Counted from the first letter of the stretch, positions 47,556 to 58,376 are shown. The stretch is 64,000 bases of DNA from Nitrososphaerota archaeon (GCA_041641305.1 JBEPYN010000002.1:64001-128000), one strand, 5' to 3'. The notes: generated from the letters alone by a model not told the origin. Numbers and translations: made by a program.

Positions 47556-49847
47556 GTGAGTGTTGACGAAGAAGCTTACAGCGTTATCCAGGAGTGGCTT
47601 TCGCGTGACAGGTTCATAGTCGTGAAAAAAGACGTCGTCAGACACGAGTCTGTCGCAGGTGTCAGGGGGATGCTTCGCTATGTCGAGGACTATGTCGACG
47701 GCCGCTGTCTCCACGCACGCATCGTGAGAAGCATGGTTCCACATGGGTTGCTCAAGTCAATCAAGTTAAATGACTCGAGTGGACACTTGATTACGGCCCG
47801 TGATGTCCCGGGTGAGAATCAGGTTGGTTACACGGTGGCTGACCAGCCTGTTCTCGCCGAGAAGAAGGTAAGGTTCTACGGTGAGTCTGTCGCGCTCGTG
47901 GTTTCGGACAACGGCTACTCTGCCGAGGATTTGCTTGAGAAAGTTGAGGTAGAGATTGAGCCTCTGCCAGCTGTTTACGATGTTTTCGAGGCTATGGAGA
48001 ACAGGGTTTTGATACATGAGGAGAGGGGCTCCAACATAGCTGTGACGGCGCATGTCAGGAAAGGAGATGTCTCGGTGGGCGAACGCGAGTCTGATGAAGT
48101 TGTGGAGAAGACCTATGTCCTCTCGCCGCAGGACCACGCCTACATGGAGACAGAGGCTGCTCTGGCCATCCCCAGCCCCGACGGCGTAACCGTCATAAGC
48201 CAAGCACAGTACCCACATCTAGCCCAGAAAACCGTCGCAAGAGTTCTCGGCATCCCGTACAGCAAAGTCGCCATCATCCAGCCCGCTATAGGAGGTGCCT
48301 TCGGTGGAAAGGATGACATGGGCCCGATTGTCTCGGCACAGGCCGCCCTCGCATGCTGGAAACTCGGTAAACCAGTCTACCTACAATACAGCCGTGAAGA
48401 AAGTTTCACAAGCCACTGCAAACGCGACCCCGCGGTAATCAAATGCAGAACAGGCGCCTCCCGTGATGGCTTGCTCAAGTTCCTGGATGCAGAGGTTATT
48501 TTTGACAGCGGAGCCTATGCAAACAGGGGCCCCTACACGCTCTGGCGAGCATGTGTCCATGTCGCGGGGCCCTACCGGATACCGCATGTAAACGTTGTCG
48601 GCAAACTTGTATACACAAACAAGGTTTACCAGGGAAGCTTCAGAGGGTTCGGCAATCCGCAGGCAGAGTTCGCGGCTGAGCGGCAGATGGATGAGCTGGC
48701 CCGTCGCCTCGGCATAGACCCAGTAGAGTTCAGGCTCAAAAACCTCCTAAGGCCCGGAGACCTTTCCGCCACCTCGCAGCCCATGCCCGAGGACACAGGC
48801 ATCGCGCCGCTTGTCGAAAAAATGAGGAACACTCTACACATCCCCAAGAAGAAGAGAGAAAACGGCTACCGGTATGGATACGGTTTCGCAGTCGCGTGGC
48901 ACGGCATAAGCACAAGCCGCGGCGTACCCGACTGGGGGTCGGCGACACTAACCGTCCTGAGGGATGGGAGCGTGGTTGTCTCAAGCGGCGTAGTGGAGTT
49001 TGGACAAGGGACGCATACAGCGATTAAGCAGGTTGTAGCGGAGGTTTTGGGCATACCGTATGAGTGGGTGAAGCTCGAGGGTGGAACAAGCTACGCCCCA
49101 GACACGGGTGCGACGCACGGCTCCCGTGGACTGACCCTCGGCGGCTCAGCCGCTCTTGTGGCAGCGGGCCGTGTGAGAAAAAGGGTTGTGAAGGTGGCTG
49201 CGGAGATGCTGGAGGCCAACCCCGACGACATCGAGATAGCCGACGGCAAAGTGTTTGTGAAAGGTGTGGAAAACAAGATGCTTGACTGGCGCGACATCGT
49301 CGCCGCATGCTACGCACGGGGAGTAGACCTCACCTCGAGCGGCTACTTCTTCCTCAAGAAGGACAAGTTCGACGAGTCCCGTGGACAGGGCCACGCCTAC
49401 ACCATTTACTCTTTTTCCGCAGTCTTGGTGGAGGTGAGGGTGGACACTGAGACGGGCAAGGTCGAGGTCACGAACGTGTGGCCCGGTGCGGCATGCGGCA
49501 GAATAATCAACCCGGGCATAGCTTTGGGCCAGATACATGGGTCGGTTGTCCAGTCTCTCGGCTACTCGTTGACTGAGCGCATGGTGTTTGAGGAAGGGCG
49601 ACTCCTCACGGCGAGCTTGATGGATTACCTCATCCCCTCGGCTGTCGAGACACCGCGGATACATGAACCCATATACCATGAGGACATCTGCCCACACGGG
49701 CCCCTCGGGGCTAAGGGCTTGGCTGAGCTGGCCCTGATACCCGTCCCCGCAGCCGTGGCCAACGCCATCAAAGACGCCGTCGGAGTAGATGTCGACGAAA
49801 TCCCCGTAGTCCCCGAGAAACTGATCAAGCAGCTACACCAACGGTGA
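47556..49847 (+). CDS. Xanthine dehydrogenase-family molybdopterin-binding subunit
   Basis: QDHAYME, IGGAFGGK, FRGFGNPQ, GQG, HGSR, GAKGLAE. Confidence 0.93.
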   Translation: MSVDEEAYSVIQEWLSRDRFIVVKKDVVRHESVAGVRGMLRYVEDYVDGRCLHARIVRSMVPHGLLKSIKLNDSSGHLITARDVPGENQVGYTVADQPVLAEKKVRFYGESVALVVSDNGYSAEDLLEKVEVEIEPLPAVYDVFEAMENRVLIHEERGSNIAVTAHVRKGDVSVGERESDEVVEKTYVLSPQDHAYMETEAALAIPSPDGVTVISQAQYPHLAQKTVARVLGIPYSKVAIIQPAIGGAFGGKDDMGPIVSAQAALACWKLGKPVYLQYSREESFTSHCKRDPAVIKCRTGASRDGLLKFLDAEVIFDSGAYANRGPYTLWRACVHVAGPYRIPHVNVVGKLVYTNKVYQGSFRGFGNPQAEFAAERQMDELARRLGIDPVEFRLKNLLRPGDLSATSQPMPEDTGIAPLVEKMRNTLHIPKKKRENGYRYGYGFAVAWHGISTSRGVPDWGSATLTVLRDGSVVVSSGVVEFGQGTHTAIKQVVAEVLGIPYEWVKLEGGTSYAPDTGATHGSRGLTLGGSAALVAAGRVRKRVVKVAAEMLEANPDDIEIADGKVFVKGVENKMLDWRDIVAACYARGVDLTSSGYFFLKKDKFDESRGQGHAYTIYSFSAVLVEVRVDTETGKVEVTNVWPGAACGRIINPGIALGQIHGSVVQSLGYSLTERMVFEEGRLLTASLMDYLIPSAVETPRIHEPIYHEDICPHGPLGAKGLAELALIPVPAAVANAIKDAVGVDVDEIPVVPEKLIKQLHQR

Positions 49848-49853
49848 GGCAAC

Positions 49854-52148
49854 ATGCTCAGATATGTTGCAAAAGATAGACCACGGCGCGACGCTGTATA
49901 CCGTGTAACAGGCCGCATAAAATACACGGCGGACATCCAGCCCGCCAAAACACTCCACGCAGCTCTTCTCCACTCACCCTACCCACACGCAGTCGTAAAG
50001 CAAATAGATGTCTCAAAAGCTTTGAAGACACCTGGCGTAGCAACGGTTCTGACACCTTTCAACGTCCCGCAGCACAGGTTCGGCAGAACATTCTCACCGG
50101 TGCCATGGAAAGTTATAATGGACAGGAAACTCATAGACAGGGTTCAGCGCTTCGCGGGCGACATAGTCGCAGCCGTTGCAGCCGATTCTCTCGAAACAGC
50201 CTACGACGCCGTGGAAAAGATTGAGGTGGATTACGAGGTCCTCGATTACGTGGACTCTGCTGAAAAAGCGTTGCAGCCAGATGCGCCGCTTGTGCATGAC
50301 GAGATAGAGGTAGGCGGCGTCGTGAAAAAACTCGAGAGCAACATCGGGTTCATGGACACCGTAGAGATAGGCAGCAGAGAAGAAGCCTATTCACGTGTCA
50401 CGAAAACCTATGAGGACAGCTTCCGGACACAGATTCTCTACAACGCCGCGATAGAGCCGCGGGCCATAATTGTTTCACCGAGGCCGGATGGGACGCTTGA
50501 CGTTTTCTGCACAACCCAGTCTATCCATGGAACACGCTACTGGCTGTCCAAGGCTCTTCAGATGCCCATGAACAAGATAGTGGTCCATGGCATGACACTC
50601 GGCGGCGGCTTCGGCGCAAAGTACAACCTCGCCATCCATGAACCCGTCATCGCTTATCTGGCCTACGTAACAGGCCGCACAGTAAAATTCGTCTCAACAC
50701 GTCAGCAGGATTTCTACACAACCGCGCGGAGAGCCGCATACATGGATGTCAGGCTCGGTGTGAGCCGTGAGGGCCGGATTGAGGCTATGGAGATGAAAGC
50801 TGTTCTCCAGAGCGGCGCCTACGCGGACCACATGTTGGAAGCTGTTACATGCACGGGTGGATGGTTCATCTCCAGCTACGCGGCAAGCTACCGATACTTT
50901 GAGGGCAAAGGCGTCTACACCAACCTGCCCGTATGCGGAGCGATGCGTGGCTTCGGCAACCCGCAGCAAAACTTCGCCCTCGAATCGCTTGTCGACGAGA
51001 TAGCGGAAGACCTCGGCATGGACCCTCTCGAGTTTCGTCTAAAGAACCTGCCGCGTGTCGGCGACATCTACTATGGTCAGGGGCCGACGGTTACAACAGT
51101 TATACGGTCGATGGCTCTCGAGCAGGTGGCCCGTAAAACTGCTGAGGCGTTTGGGTGGACAACGGAGAGACAAGTGGTGGACGGCGTGGCCCGCGCCTGC
51201 GGAGTCGCGGTCGGCCATCACACATCGGGAACAGGTGGAGAAATGTCTGAGCAACAGGACAGACAGGAGGGCGCGGGCGTCGTGCTCAAACTCAACGAAG
51301 ACGGCACAATTTCCCTCAACACAGCCATGGTGGAGATGGGCCCAGGCGAACACGAAACACTCGCGGCTATATGCGCCGAGGCGCTGGGAACAAAGCCCGA
51401 AGACATCTACGTCGAGATAGGCAACACTCAGTACACGCCCTTCGACATGGGGACGCATGCAAGCCGAGGAACCTACGTAGGAGGACTCGCCGTCGTCTCT
51501 GCAGCAGAGAAACTCAGGGAACAAATCTTGACACAGGCGGCTGAGATGCTTGAATGCTCGCCGAAGGACCTGCGCATAGAAGATGGATGGGTCAAACATG
51601 TAGAGGACGAAGGTAAGCGGCTCAGCCTCTCGCATGTTGCTATGCGGTTCAAGACACGGAAAGGGTTTCTACCGATAGCGGTAAGCGGCCTAAGGCCCAA
51701 CGCGGCACCGCCGAGCTGGGCCGTTATCTTCGCACAGGTGGCGGTCGACCTTGAGACAGGCGCCGTGAAGATAGAGAAAATCGCCGGTGGATACGATATA
51801 GGATTGGTCGTCAACCCCTCCGAGGCAGCGGGCCAAGCACATGGAGGAATAGCGACCGGAATAGGCTACGCGTTGCTGGAGGAGGTGGTCGTGCAGGACG
51901 GAAAATACATCAACCCAAGCTTTATGGACTACATGCTCCCCGGCGCCACCGACATCGCAGAAACCCTGGTCTTCTTCGCCGACTCCTACGACCCCTACGG
52001 CCCATTCGGAGCCAAAAGCATAGGCGAGCTCGCCACAAACCCCGTCGCATCAGCCATCGCCAACGCCGTCTCACGAGCAATAGGAAAACGAATGAAAAAA
52101 CTGCCCCTAAGCCCTGAAACAGTCCTCAACGCAGTCAAACTTTTTTAG
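49854..52148 (+). CDS. Xanthine dehydrogenase-family molybdopterin-binding subunit
   Basis: VTGRIKYTAD, LGGGFGAK, AMRGFGNPQ, HASR, GAKSIGE. Confidence 0.93.
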   Translation: MLRYVAKDRPRRDAVYRVTGRIKYTADIQPAKTLHAALLHSPYPHAVVKQIDVSKALKTPGVATVLTPFNVPQHRFGRTFSPVPWKVIMDRKLIDRVQRFAGDIVAAVAADSLETAYDAVEKIEVDYEVLDYVDSAEKALQPDAPLVHDEIEVGGVVKKLESNIGFMDTVEIGSREEAYSRVTKTYEDSFRTQILYNAAIEPRAIIVSPRPDGTLDVFCTTQSIHGTRYWLSKALQMPMNKIVVHGMTLGGGFGAKYNLAIHEPVIAYLAYVTGRTVKFVSTRQQDFYTTARRAAYMDVRLGVSREGRIEAMEMKAVLQSGAYADHMLEAVTCTGGWFISSYAASYRYFEGKGVYTNLPVCGAMRGFGNPQQNFALESLVDEIAEDLGMDPLEFRLKNLPRVGDIYYGQGPTVTTVIRSMALEQVARKTAEAFGWTTERQVVDGVARACGVAVGHHTSGTGGEMSEQQDRQEGAGVVLKLNEDGTISLNTAMVEMGPGEHETLAAICAEALGTKPEDIYVEIGNTQYTPFDMGTHASRGTYVGGLAVVSAAEKLREQILTQAAEMLECSPKDLRIEDGWVKHVEDEGKRLSLSHVAMRFKTRKGFLPIAVSGLRPNAAPPSWAVIFAQVAVDLETGAVKIEKIAGGYDIGLVVNPSEAAGQAHGGIATGIGYALLEEVVVQDGKYINPSFMDYMLPGATDIAETLVFFADSYDPYGPFGAKSIGELATNPVASAIANAVSRAIGKRMKKLPLSPETVLNAVKLF

Positions 52149-52179
52149 ATAATTCTCCACAGGTTTTCCGTGATTTTTT

Positions 52180-53217
52180 ATGCGTAAAGTGGTGTTGATA
52201 AAGGGGGATGGCACGGGTCCTGAGCTTGCGGCTGCGTTGAAGAAGGTTTTGGACGCTGTTTCCCCACCTCTCGAGGTTATAGAGTGTGAGGCTGGTTCTG
52301 AATGGTGGATGAAACATGGCGGTAACAGCATGATACCTGCGGAAACGTGGGAGGCCATTAAGTCAAGCGATGCATGCTTCAAATCACCGACAACCACTCC
52401 ACCGGACCCCAACGCTCCCAGAAGCGTCGCCGTCTCAATCAGGCAAACCATGGATCTCTACGCAAACATAAGACCAATCAAAACCTTCAAAGGAGCCGAA
52501 AGCCCGTTGTCAAACATTTTCGGGCCCTTCGACTTTGTCTGTGTCAGAGAGGCGACCGAGGGGCTTTACTCAGGTCTTGAGCACAGGCTCAGCGACGATG
52601 TCTCCATAGCAATAAGGAAAATAACGCGTAGGGGGAGCGAGCGGGTTGCGCGCTGGGCCTTCAAGATAGCGGCGGAGAGAAACTGGAGCAAAGTCATCGT
52701 CATAACCAAGCGCAATATTCTCCGCGTAACCGACGGCGTGTTCTGGGAAGCTGTCGAAAAGGTTGCGAAAGAGTTTCCCGGCATAAGCTACGAAGAATAC
52801 TACATCGACAACATGTCTCAGCAGCTAATCAAAAACCCAGACCGCTTCAACCAAAATGTTCTCCTCAGCACAAACCTTTTCATGGATGTTTTGTCGGAGG
52901 CTGCGGCGGGGCTGGTGGGCAACATCGGCATGGTTTACGCAGCCAACATAGGCGACCGCTACGCCATGTTCGAGCCGGCGCATGGAAGCGCTCCCAAATA
53001 CAAGGGTATGGATAGAGTGAATCCGACGGCGACAATCTTGGCCGGTGCATGGATGCTGAAATACCTCGGACTAACCAAATACGGTGAAGCAATCGAGAAA
53101 GCAACCGAGCAGGTAATAGCTGAGCATAAGGTTGTAACCGTCGACCTCGGAGGGACGGCGAAGACATCGGAGATGGCTGCGGAAATAGCTAAGAAAGCGG
53201 CGCAAATTATTTCCTAA
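52180..53217 (+). CDS. Isocitrate/isopropylmalate dehydrogenase family
   Basis: GDGTGPE, LYANIRP, REATEGLY, K.N, EPAHGSAP; next to sdh, so IDH is plausible. Confidence 0.9.
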   Translation: MRKVVLIKGDGTGPELAAALKKVLDAVSPPLEVIECEAGSEWWMKHGGNSMIPAETWEAIKSSDACFKSPTTTPPDPNAPRSVAVSIRQTMDLYANIRPIKTFKGAESPLSNIFGPFDFVCVREATEGLYSGLEHRLSDDVSIAIRKITRRGSERVARWAFKIAAERNWSKVIVITKRNILRVTDGVFWEAVEKVAKEFPGISYEEYYIDNMSQQLIKNPDRFNQNVLLSTNLFMDVLSEAAAGLVGNIGMVYAANIGDRYAMFEPAHGSAPKYKGMDRVNPTATILAGAWMLKYLGLTKYGEAIEKATEQVIAEHKVVTVDLGGTAKTSEMAAEIAKKAAQIIS

Positions 53218-53270
53218 AAATTTTATCCATAATTGTTATAAATCATCATATCCCTGATTTTTGCGTAAAA

Positions 53271-53462
53271 ATGCCTCTTGAGGCAACGGTCTACATCAGG
53301 AAGAAGAGACACGCGAGCGGGAAAACCTATCTCTACATCCACATCCCATCAAAGATAGCGTCTGACAGCATGTTCAAGTTCCGCGAAGGCGATAAGCTGA
53401 AAATGGTTGTCGACCCACGGAGAGGACGCATAATTTTGCTCAAGCAGATGAAAAAGAAATGA
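53271..53462 (+). CDS. AbrB/SpoVT-like small protein
   Basis: YLYIHIPSKIA.D..F.FREGDKL. Confidence 0.75.
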   Translation: MPLEATVYIRKKRHASGKTYLYIHIPSKIASDSMFKFREGDKLKMVVDPRRGRIILLKQMKKK

Positions 53463-53507
53463 AGAATAATTACCGTTAAATTGTGCTGGTCAGAGTATAA
53501 ATGATGT

Positions 53508-55223
53508 ATGGGCGCTGATGTGGATGTTGATGTTGCGGTTATTGGCTCGGGGCTTGCGGGTCTTCGGGCCGCGATAGAGGCGGCTCGTGTGGGCCGTGAA
53601 AAGGTTGTTGTCGGGGTGTTCACAAAAACGCAGGTGATGCGTTCACATTCGGTTTCGGCGGAGGGTGGGACGGCTGCTGTTCTCTATCCCGAGGAGGGTG
53701 ACAGCCTCCAGTCTCACATGTATGACACTGTCAAGGGATCGGATTTTCTCGCCGACCAAGACGCCGTCGAGTTGTTTGTGAAAAAAGCGCCGGAGGAGAT
53801 TCTGCAGCTTGAGAGATGGGGGATGCCATGGGCGAGACGAGAAGATGGAAAGATTGCGCAGCGCTTTTTCGGTGGACAGAGTTTTCCACGCGCCTGCTAC
53901 GCGGAGGACAAGGTTGGGTTCTTTGAGATGAGCACCCTCTATGACACGGCTCTCAAATACGATAACATCCATTTCTATCCCGAGTGGGCTGCGGTCAGCC
54001 TCTTGGTGGAGAACGGGAAGTTCAAGGGGCTTGTGGCCCTCGAGCTGAAGACGGGAAAAATACATACGGTCGCGGCTAAGGCGGGTGTTCTCGCTACAGG
54101 AGGAGCGGGCAGGCTCTACTCATTCGCCACCTTCGGATACTCCTCAACACCTGACGGCCTCTACATAGCTTACCGAGCTGGCGCACCGCTCAAAGACATG
54201 GAGTTTGTCCAGTTCCATCCCACTGGCCTCGTCCCATCCGGCATCCTGATAACCGAAGCCGCACGCGGAGAAGGAGGAATACTAACCAACGCCAACGGTG
54301 AAAGATTCATGAAGAGATACGCTCCAGAGAAAATGGAGCTCGCACCTCGAGATATCGTCTCACGCGCCATGTATAACGAGATTGCCGAGGGCCGTGGAGT
54401 AGAGGGCCCCGGCGGCGTCAAATGCCTATACCTCGACCTAACCGTGCTGGGCGCGGAAAAAATCAAGAAAAAGCTTGCCGGCATACGTGAATACTGTATG
54501 CGTCTCGCCGGCATAGACCCCATCAACGAACCCATACCTGTCAGGCCCGTGGCCCACTACTACATGGGAGGCGTGGACACAAACATCGGAGGAGCAACAG
54601 CCGTCAAAGGCCTCTGGGCCGCTGGCGAGGTTGCATGTGTATCCATCAACGGGGCCAACAGGCTCGGCTCAAACTCCACAACAGAGTGCCTCGTATGGGG
54701 TGCCATCACAGGAAAAGCAGCTGCAGAGCATGTCCTCGCCAACCACAACCAAACACCGGTCAACAAATCCGACGCCGCCACCATCGAGAAACACATCTAC
54801 GACGAGCTGCTGGGCAAAGCACCAAAAGAAAACCCCTACGACATCAGACAGGAGCTGCAGACAACGATGGAGCAAACCTGCCACATCTACCGCGAGGAAA
54901 AAAGCCTCTTTCAGGGCATCGACCAAGTCAGAAAAATCAGGCAAAAACTATTCAGAGGAGTGGTTGACAGCAGCCGCTACTACAACACAAACCTCATGAA
55001 CGTGCTCGAGATAGAGATGATGATTGAGGTCGCCGAAGTAATTCTAATCTCGGCTCTGAACAGGAAAGAGTCGCGTGGAGCGCATGCACGTGTTGACTAT
55101 CCCAAACGAGACGACGTCAACTTCCTCAAACACACCCTCGCATACTACACCGAGGATGGGCCGCGGATAGAGTACATAAGCCCCGTCATCACAGAATATG
55201 CACCAACGGAGAGGAGGTATTGA
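53508..55223 (+). CDS. sdhA: Succinate dehydrogenase flavoprotein
   Basis: GSGLAG, RSHSVSAEGG, QFHPT, TEAARGEG, HYYMGG, GANRLGSNS, ESRGAH. Confidence 0.97.
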   Translation: MGADVDVDVAVIGSGLAGLRAAIEAARVGREKVVVGVFTKTQVMRSHSVSAEGGTAAVLYPEEGDSLQSHMYDTVKGSDFLADQDAVELFVKKAPEEILQLERWGMPWARREDGKIAQRFFGGQSFPRACYAEDKVGFFEMSTLYDTALKYDNIHFYPEWAAVSLLVENGKFKGLVALELKTGKIHTVAAKAGVLATGGAGRLYSFATFGYSSTPDGLYIAYRAGAPLKDMEFVQFHPTGLVPSGILITEAARGEGGILTNANGERFMKRYAPEKMELAPRDIVSRAMYNEIAEGRGVEGPGGVKCLYLDLTVLGAEKIKKKLAGIREYCMRLAGIDPINEPIPVRPVAHYYMGGVDTNIGGATAVKGLWAAGEVACVSINGANRLGSNSTTECLVWGAITGKAAAEHVLANHNQTPVNKSDAATIEKHIYDELLGKAPKENPYDIRQELQTTMEQTCHIYREEKSLFQGIDQVRKIRQKLFRGVVDSSRYYNTNLMNVLEIEMMIEVAEVILISALNRKESRGAHARVDYPKRDDVNFLKHTLAYYTEDGPRIEYISPVITEYAPTERRY

Positions 55224-55227
55224 GGAG

Positions 55228-55698
55228 ATGAGCAGGCTATCCCTTGCTCTGAAAACTTGGCTGTTTCCCGTCCGCTATGGGCTGGAGCGCTGGAGCTACA
55301 CTCTTCAACGCGTCTCCGGTGTGGCGATTATACTTTTCTTCGTGTTGCACATCGCGGAGACAGGAAATGTTGTTGGGGGCCCAACGGTCTGGACAATTCC
55401 GCCCTATGAGTATGCGAAGCAGGTGTGGAACGAGACCAAAGAGTTTCTCTCCAACCCGTTATTCGACATAGGCCTTGTCCTCCTCGCCTTCATGATATTC
55501 TTCCACACATTCAACGGAATACGACTAACACTCGCCCACTTCGGCATACTGCTGGAAAAACCCAGGCGACCCGAATACCCCTATCACCCCGGCTCGATGT
55601 CAAAAACCCAGCGCATCCTTTTCTGGATAAGCATCGTGTTGGCTACCGCGGCCATCATCTATTCTATGGATGTTTTCTTTAAGGTGCTTCAGCCATGA
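55228..55698 (+). CDS. sdhC: Succinate dehydrogenase membrane anchor C
   Basis: LQRVSG...LHI, FHTFNGIR; 3 TMs. Confidence 0.9.
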   Translation: MSRLSLALKTWLFPVRYGLERWSYTLQRVSGVAIILFFVLHIAETGNVVGGPTVWTIPPYEYAKQVWNETKEFLSNPLFDIGLVLLAFMIFFHTFNGIRLTLAHFGILLEKPRRPEYPYHPGSMSKTQRILFWISIVLATAAIIYSMDVFFKVLQP

Positions 55699-56048
55699 GA
55701 GAGAAAACGGTTCAACTCCTTCATTACATAACGGGGATAGGGATACTGGTGGCTGGGGCTATTCATCTGGCTACGGTGTTTCTCCTCAGCCCCTACGAGG
55801 CGAGCATGGCCTTTGATGGACACCCATTCTCCGTCATCTCCGTCTACCGCAACATACTGCTGGCCGCATCTCTCCAGGCTCTCCTCGTCTTCGTGGCTTT
55901 CCACGGCTTCAACGGCGTCCGAACAATCCTCTCAGAGCTCTACCAAGGAAAAACATATCTCAGAATAGTGAACATAGCAGTCACAGTCGCCGCCTTGGCC
56001 GTGGTAATCTATGGCACACGCACCATAGTGATAGCGCATTTGTTGTAG
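55695..56048 (+). CDS. sdhD: Succinate dehydrogenase membrane anchor D
   Basis: HYITG...IHL, FHGFNGVR; 3 TMs. Confidence 0.88.
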   Translation: MREKTVQLLHYITGIGILVAGAIHLATVFLLSPYEASMAFDGHPFSVISVYRNILLAASLQALLVFVAFHGFNGVRTILSELYQGKTYLRIVNIAVTVAALAVVIYGTRTIVIAHLL

Positions 56049-56059
56049 AGGGGGATGCT

Positions 56060-56773
56060 ATGCAGGAAGTAAGGTTCAGGGTTTTCCGATACGACCCAGA
56101 CAAAGATGGCCGGAGAAGCTACCAGACATACACCGTGCCAACGTTCAAGGGGATGACGGTTCTACAAGGCCTTCTCCACATAAAGGAAAAGATAGACCCA
56201 ACGCTGTCGATACGTTTCTCATGCAGAATGGCGACATGCGGCTCCTGTGGCATGATGATAAACGGGCTGCCACGGCTCGCATGCTATACCTTGATAGAGG
56301 AGCTGAAAACACGAACCATCGTTGTCGAGCCGCTCCGCAACTTCCCCGTAATCAAAGACCTCGTAACAGATTTCGAAGAATTCTTCAACAAACACAGATG
56401 GGTCAAACCCTACCTCATAAGACTAGACACGTATGAGCAGGAGAAGAGCAACATCTCCTATAAACAGAGCGACGAAGAACTTGAACGATACATCCAGTTT
56501 GCATACTGTATCAAATGCGGCCTCTGCTACTCAGCCTGTCCCGTGACAGCGACGGACAAGGATTTTCTCGGGCCACAGGCCCTTGCCCAAGCATACCGCT
56601 ACTACGCAGATTCGCGTGACGAAGGAGGTGTGGATAGGCTGCGGCCTCTCGCCGAAGGAAGCAGGCTTCTGAGATGCCATTTCGCTGGCTCCTGCAGCAA
56701 AGTCTGTCCAAAAGGCGTCGACCCAGCTCTCGCAATCCAGCTACTGCGCCGAGAAGTTCTCCTGCGAACATAG
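56060..56773 (+). CDS. sdhB: Succinate dehydrogenase Fe-S subunit
   Basis: SCRMATCGSC, CIKCGLCYSACP, CHFAGSCSKVCP. Confidence 0.97.
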   Translation: MQEVRFRVFRYDPDKDGRRSYQTYTVPTFKGMTVLQGLLHIKEKIDPTLSIRFSCRMATCGSCGMMINGLPRLACYTLIEELKTRTIVVEPLRNFPVIKDLVTDFEEFFNKHRWVKPYLIRLDTYEQEKSNISYKQSDEELERYIQFAYCIKCGLCYSACPVTATDKDFLGPQALAQAYRYYADSRDEGGVDRLRPLAEGSRLLRCHFAGSCSKVCPKGVDPALAIQLLRREVLLRT

Positions 56774-56776
56774 CAC

Positions 56777-57700
56777 TTGAACCCGGTTACGTTACTGCTT
56801 CATCCGTCAAAAGCCAAATCCATAGATGGTTCACGCGAAATCAGGAAAGCGCTGATAGTTTTCGCTTTGGCTGCGCTGAGCCAAGCCGCGGTAGCCATCT
56901 ACATCTATCGCTTCAAAACAGTTTACGAGATAGCGTTGGGGCCCTATTCGATTGTTGAGCTGGAGCTTTTTCAGCCGGATTACCTGTTGATGGCGAGTTT
57001 GACAACGGTCTTCATAGCCCTCGTCATCATAGTGGGCGTTGGACGGATATTTGGCAGGCTTCTCGGCAGAAACCATGCATCGATGCGTGACTTCCTCACC
57101 GTTTTCCTCTACCTCTTCACGGTCTTCGCCATAATTAACGTGGTTATATTAGGCGCGTCAATACCCTCAGCACCCGAGAAATACTATGTATTCGGCGCAC
57201 AATTCTCAGACGTAATCTTCAGAAACGCGACGCTGACATGGGTTGATGGAGACATAGCGAGAACAATCGAGGCAGAGCTGCTCTACGCAAAAAGAGCCAA
57301 CGTTACACGGATGTTAAGTGACGGGAAAATGGTTGAAACAGGCGGATACACAGCGGAGGAGATACAGAGAATAATTTCAGAGAGCGTTCTCACCGTTTCT
57401 CTTCAAAACCCCGCCGCTCCGCCATATAGTTTGCCGGAGAGCATCACTCTGGAGGATTTTGTTTTCCAGGACATCACTCCCCGTAACACACTTCTCACAT
57501 CCATAGCAGCTGTCAGAGACCAGCCCGGAGCATACATTCCCACCATCAGCGTTGTGAAAAACTTTGCCTGGCGCATTATCATGTCCATATACACGGGCCT
57601 TTTTGTCATGTATCTACATAACACGTCACGGAAATCAGCCTTTCTCGTGATACTGCTGACCTACCTCGCCGTCGCTAACCTTGTTCCAGCGATTTCCTGA
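56777..57700 (+). CDS. Yip1-like membrane protein with inserted soluble domain
   Basis: LLLHPSKA start, 5 TMs, beta-rich insert. Confidence 0.5.
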   Translation: MNPVTLLLHPSKAKSIDGSREIRKALIVFALAALSQAAVAIYIYRFKTVYEIALGPYSIVELELFQPDYLLMASLTTVFIALVIIVGVGRIFGRLLGRNHASMRDFLTVFLYLFTVFAIINVVILGASIPSAPEKYYVFGAQFSDVIFRNATLTWVDGDIARTIEAELLYAKRANVTRMLSDGKMVETGGYTAEEIQRIISESVLTVSLQNPAAPPYSLPESITLEDFVFQDITPRNTLLTSIAAVRDQPGAYIPTISVVKNFAWRIIMSIYTGLFVMYLHNTSRKSAFLVILLTYLAVANLVPAIS

Positions 57701-58376
57701 GCTTCCCCAGCACCGTAATCTCACCCAGCATGACACGGGTTGATGAAACTGGCTGCCCATCCTCAGCCACCACGAGAGGACATATCCTGACATCGAGCTG
57801 GTTGAGGTTTCTCTCAGCTCTTTTCATGTTTATCTCTGAGGCGCGGTACGCCGTGGCGGGGCTTGTTACTATGAGTTCGACGGCTGGATCGTCAAGCGTT
57901 GGGCCATAGGGGTCTTCGAGAGCAGTTATCCTCGCCCTCTCAAGCCATCCATGTTTGCCGAGAAACTCCCGCAACTGTTTAACCCTCTGCTCGTAGGATG
58001 GTATTGGATATTTTTTCCCGAGTTTTGCGGCGTAGCTGTCGGATGTGACGCCGACGATCACTTTCTCCGCTCTGGTGAATGCTTCGGCGAGCAACGCCAT
58101 GTGACCCACGTGGATGACTGAGAAGGTTCCGCCCAGCGCCGCGAAACCATACTCCATGTCCTTTTTCTCAGCACAGTTCTCCAGCATCGCCAAAACCTCT
58201 TCACCGGTTTTACGCAGCTCCCAGAGAATAACCATCGCCTCCCCTCTTGTTACACCAAGACGGTTAACCACCTCCTCCACGGAGATGTTGGGCTTCGCCA
58301 GCAACATCTTATCCCGCACATATGCCATGTGGCTACGGTAAAGCGGAAGAGACTTAACCACCTCAACCAAAGTCAT
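57675..58376 (-). CDS. coaD: Phosphopantetheine adenylyltransferase (archaeal type) with N-terminal extension
   Basis: ALGGTFSVIHVGH, VGVTSD, LEDPYGP, IN..R, VSSTR. Confidence 0.9.
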   Translation of the reverse strand: MTLVEVVKSLPLYRSHMAYVRDKMLLAKPNISVEEVVNRLGVTRGEAMVILWELRKTGEEVLAMLENCAEKKDMEYGFAALGGTFSVIHVGHMALLAEAFTRAEKVIVGVTSDSYAAKLGKKYPIPSYEQRVKQLREFLGKHGWLERARITALEDPYGPTLDDPAVELIVTSPATAYRASEINMKRAERNLNQLDVRICPLVVAEDGQPVSSTRVMLGEITVLGKLRKSLEQG

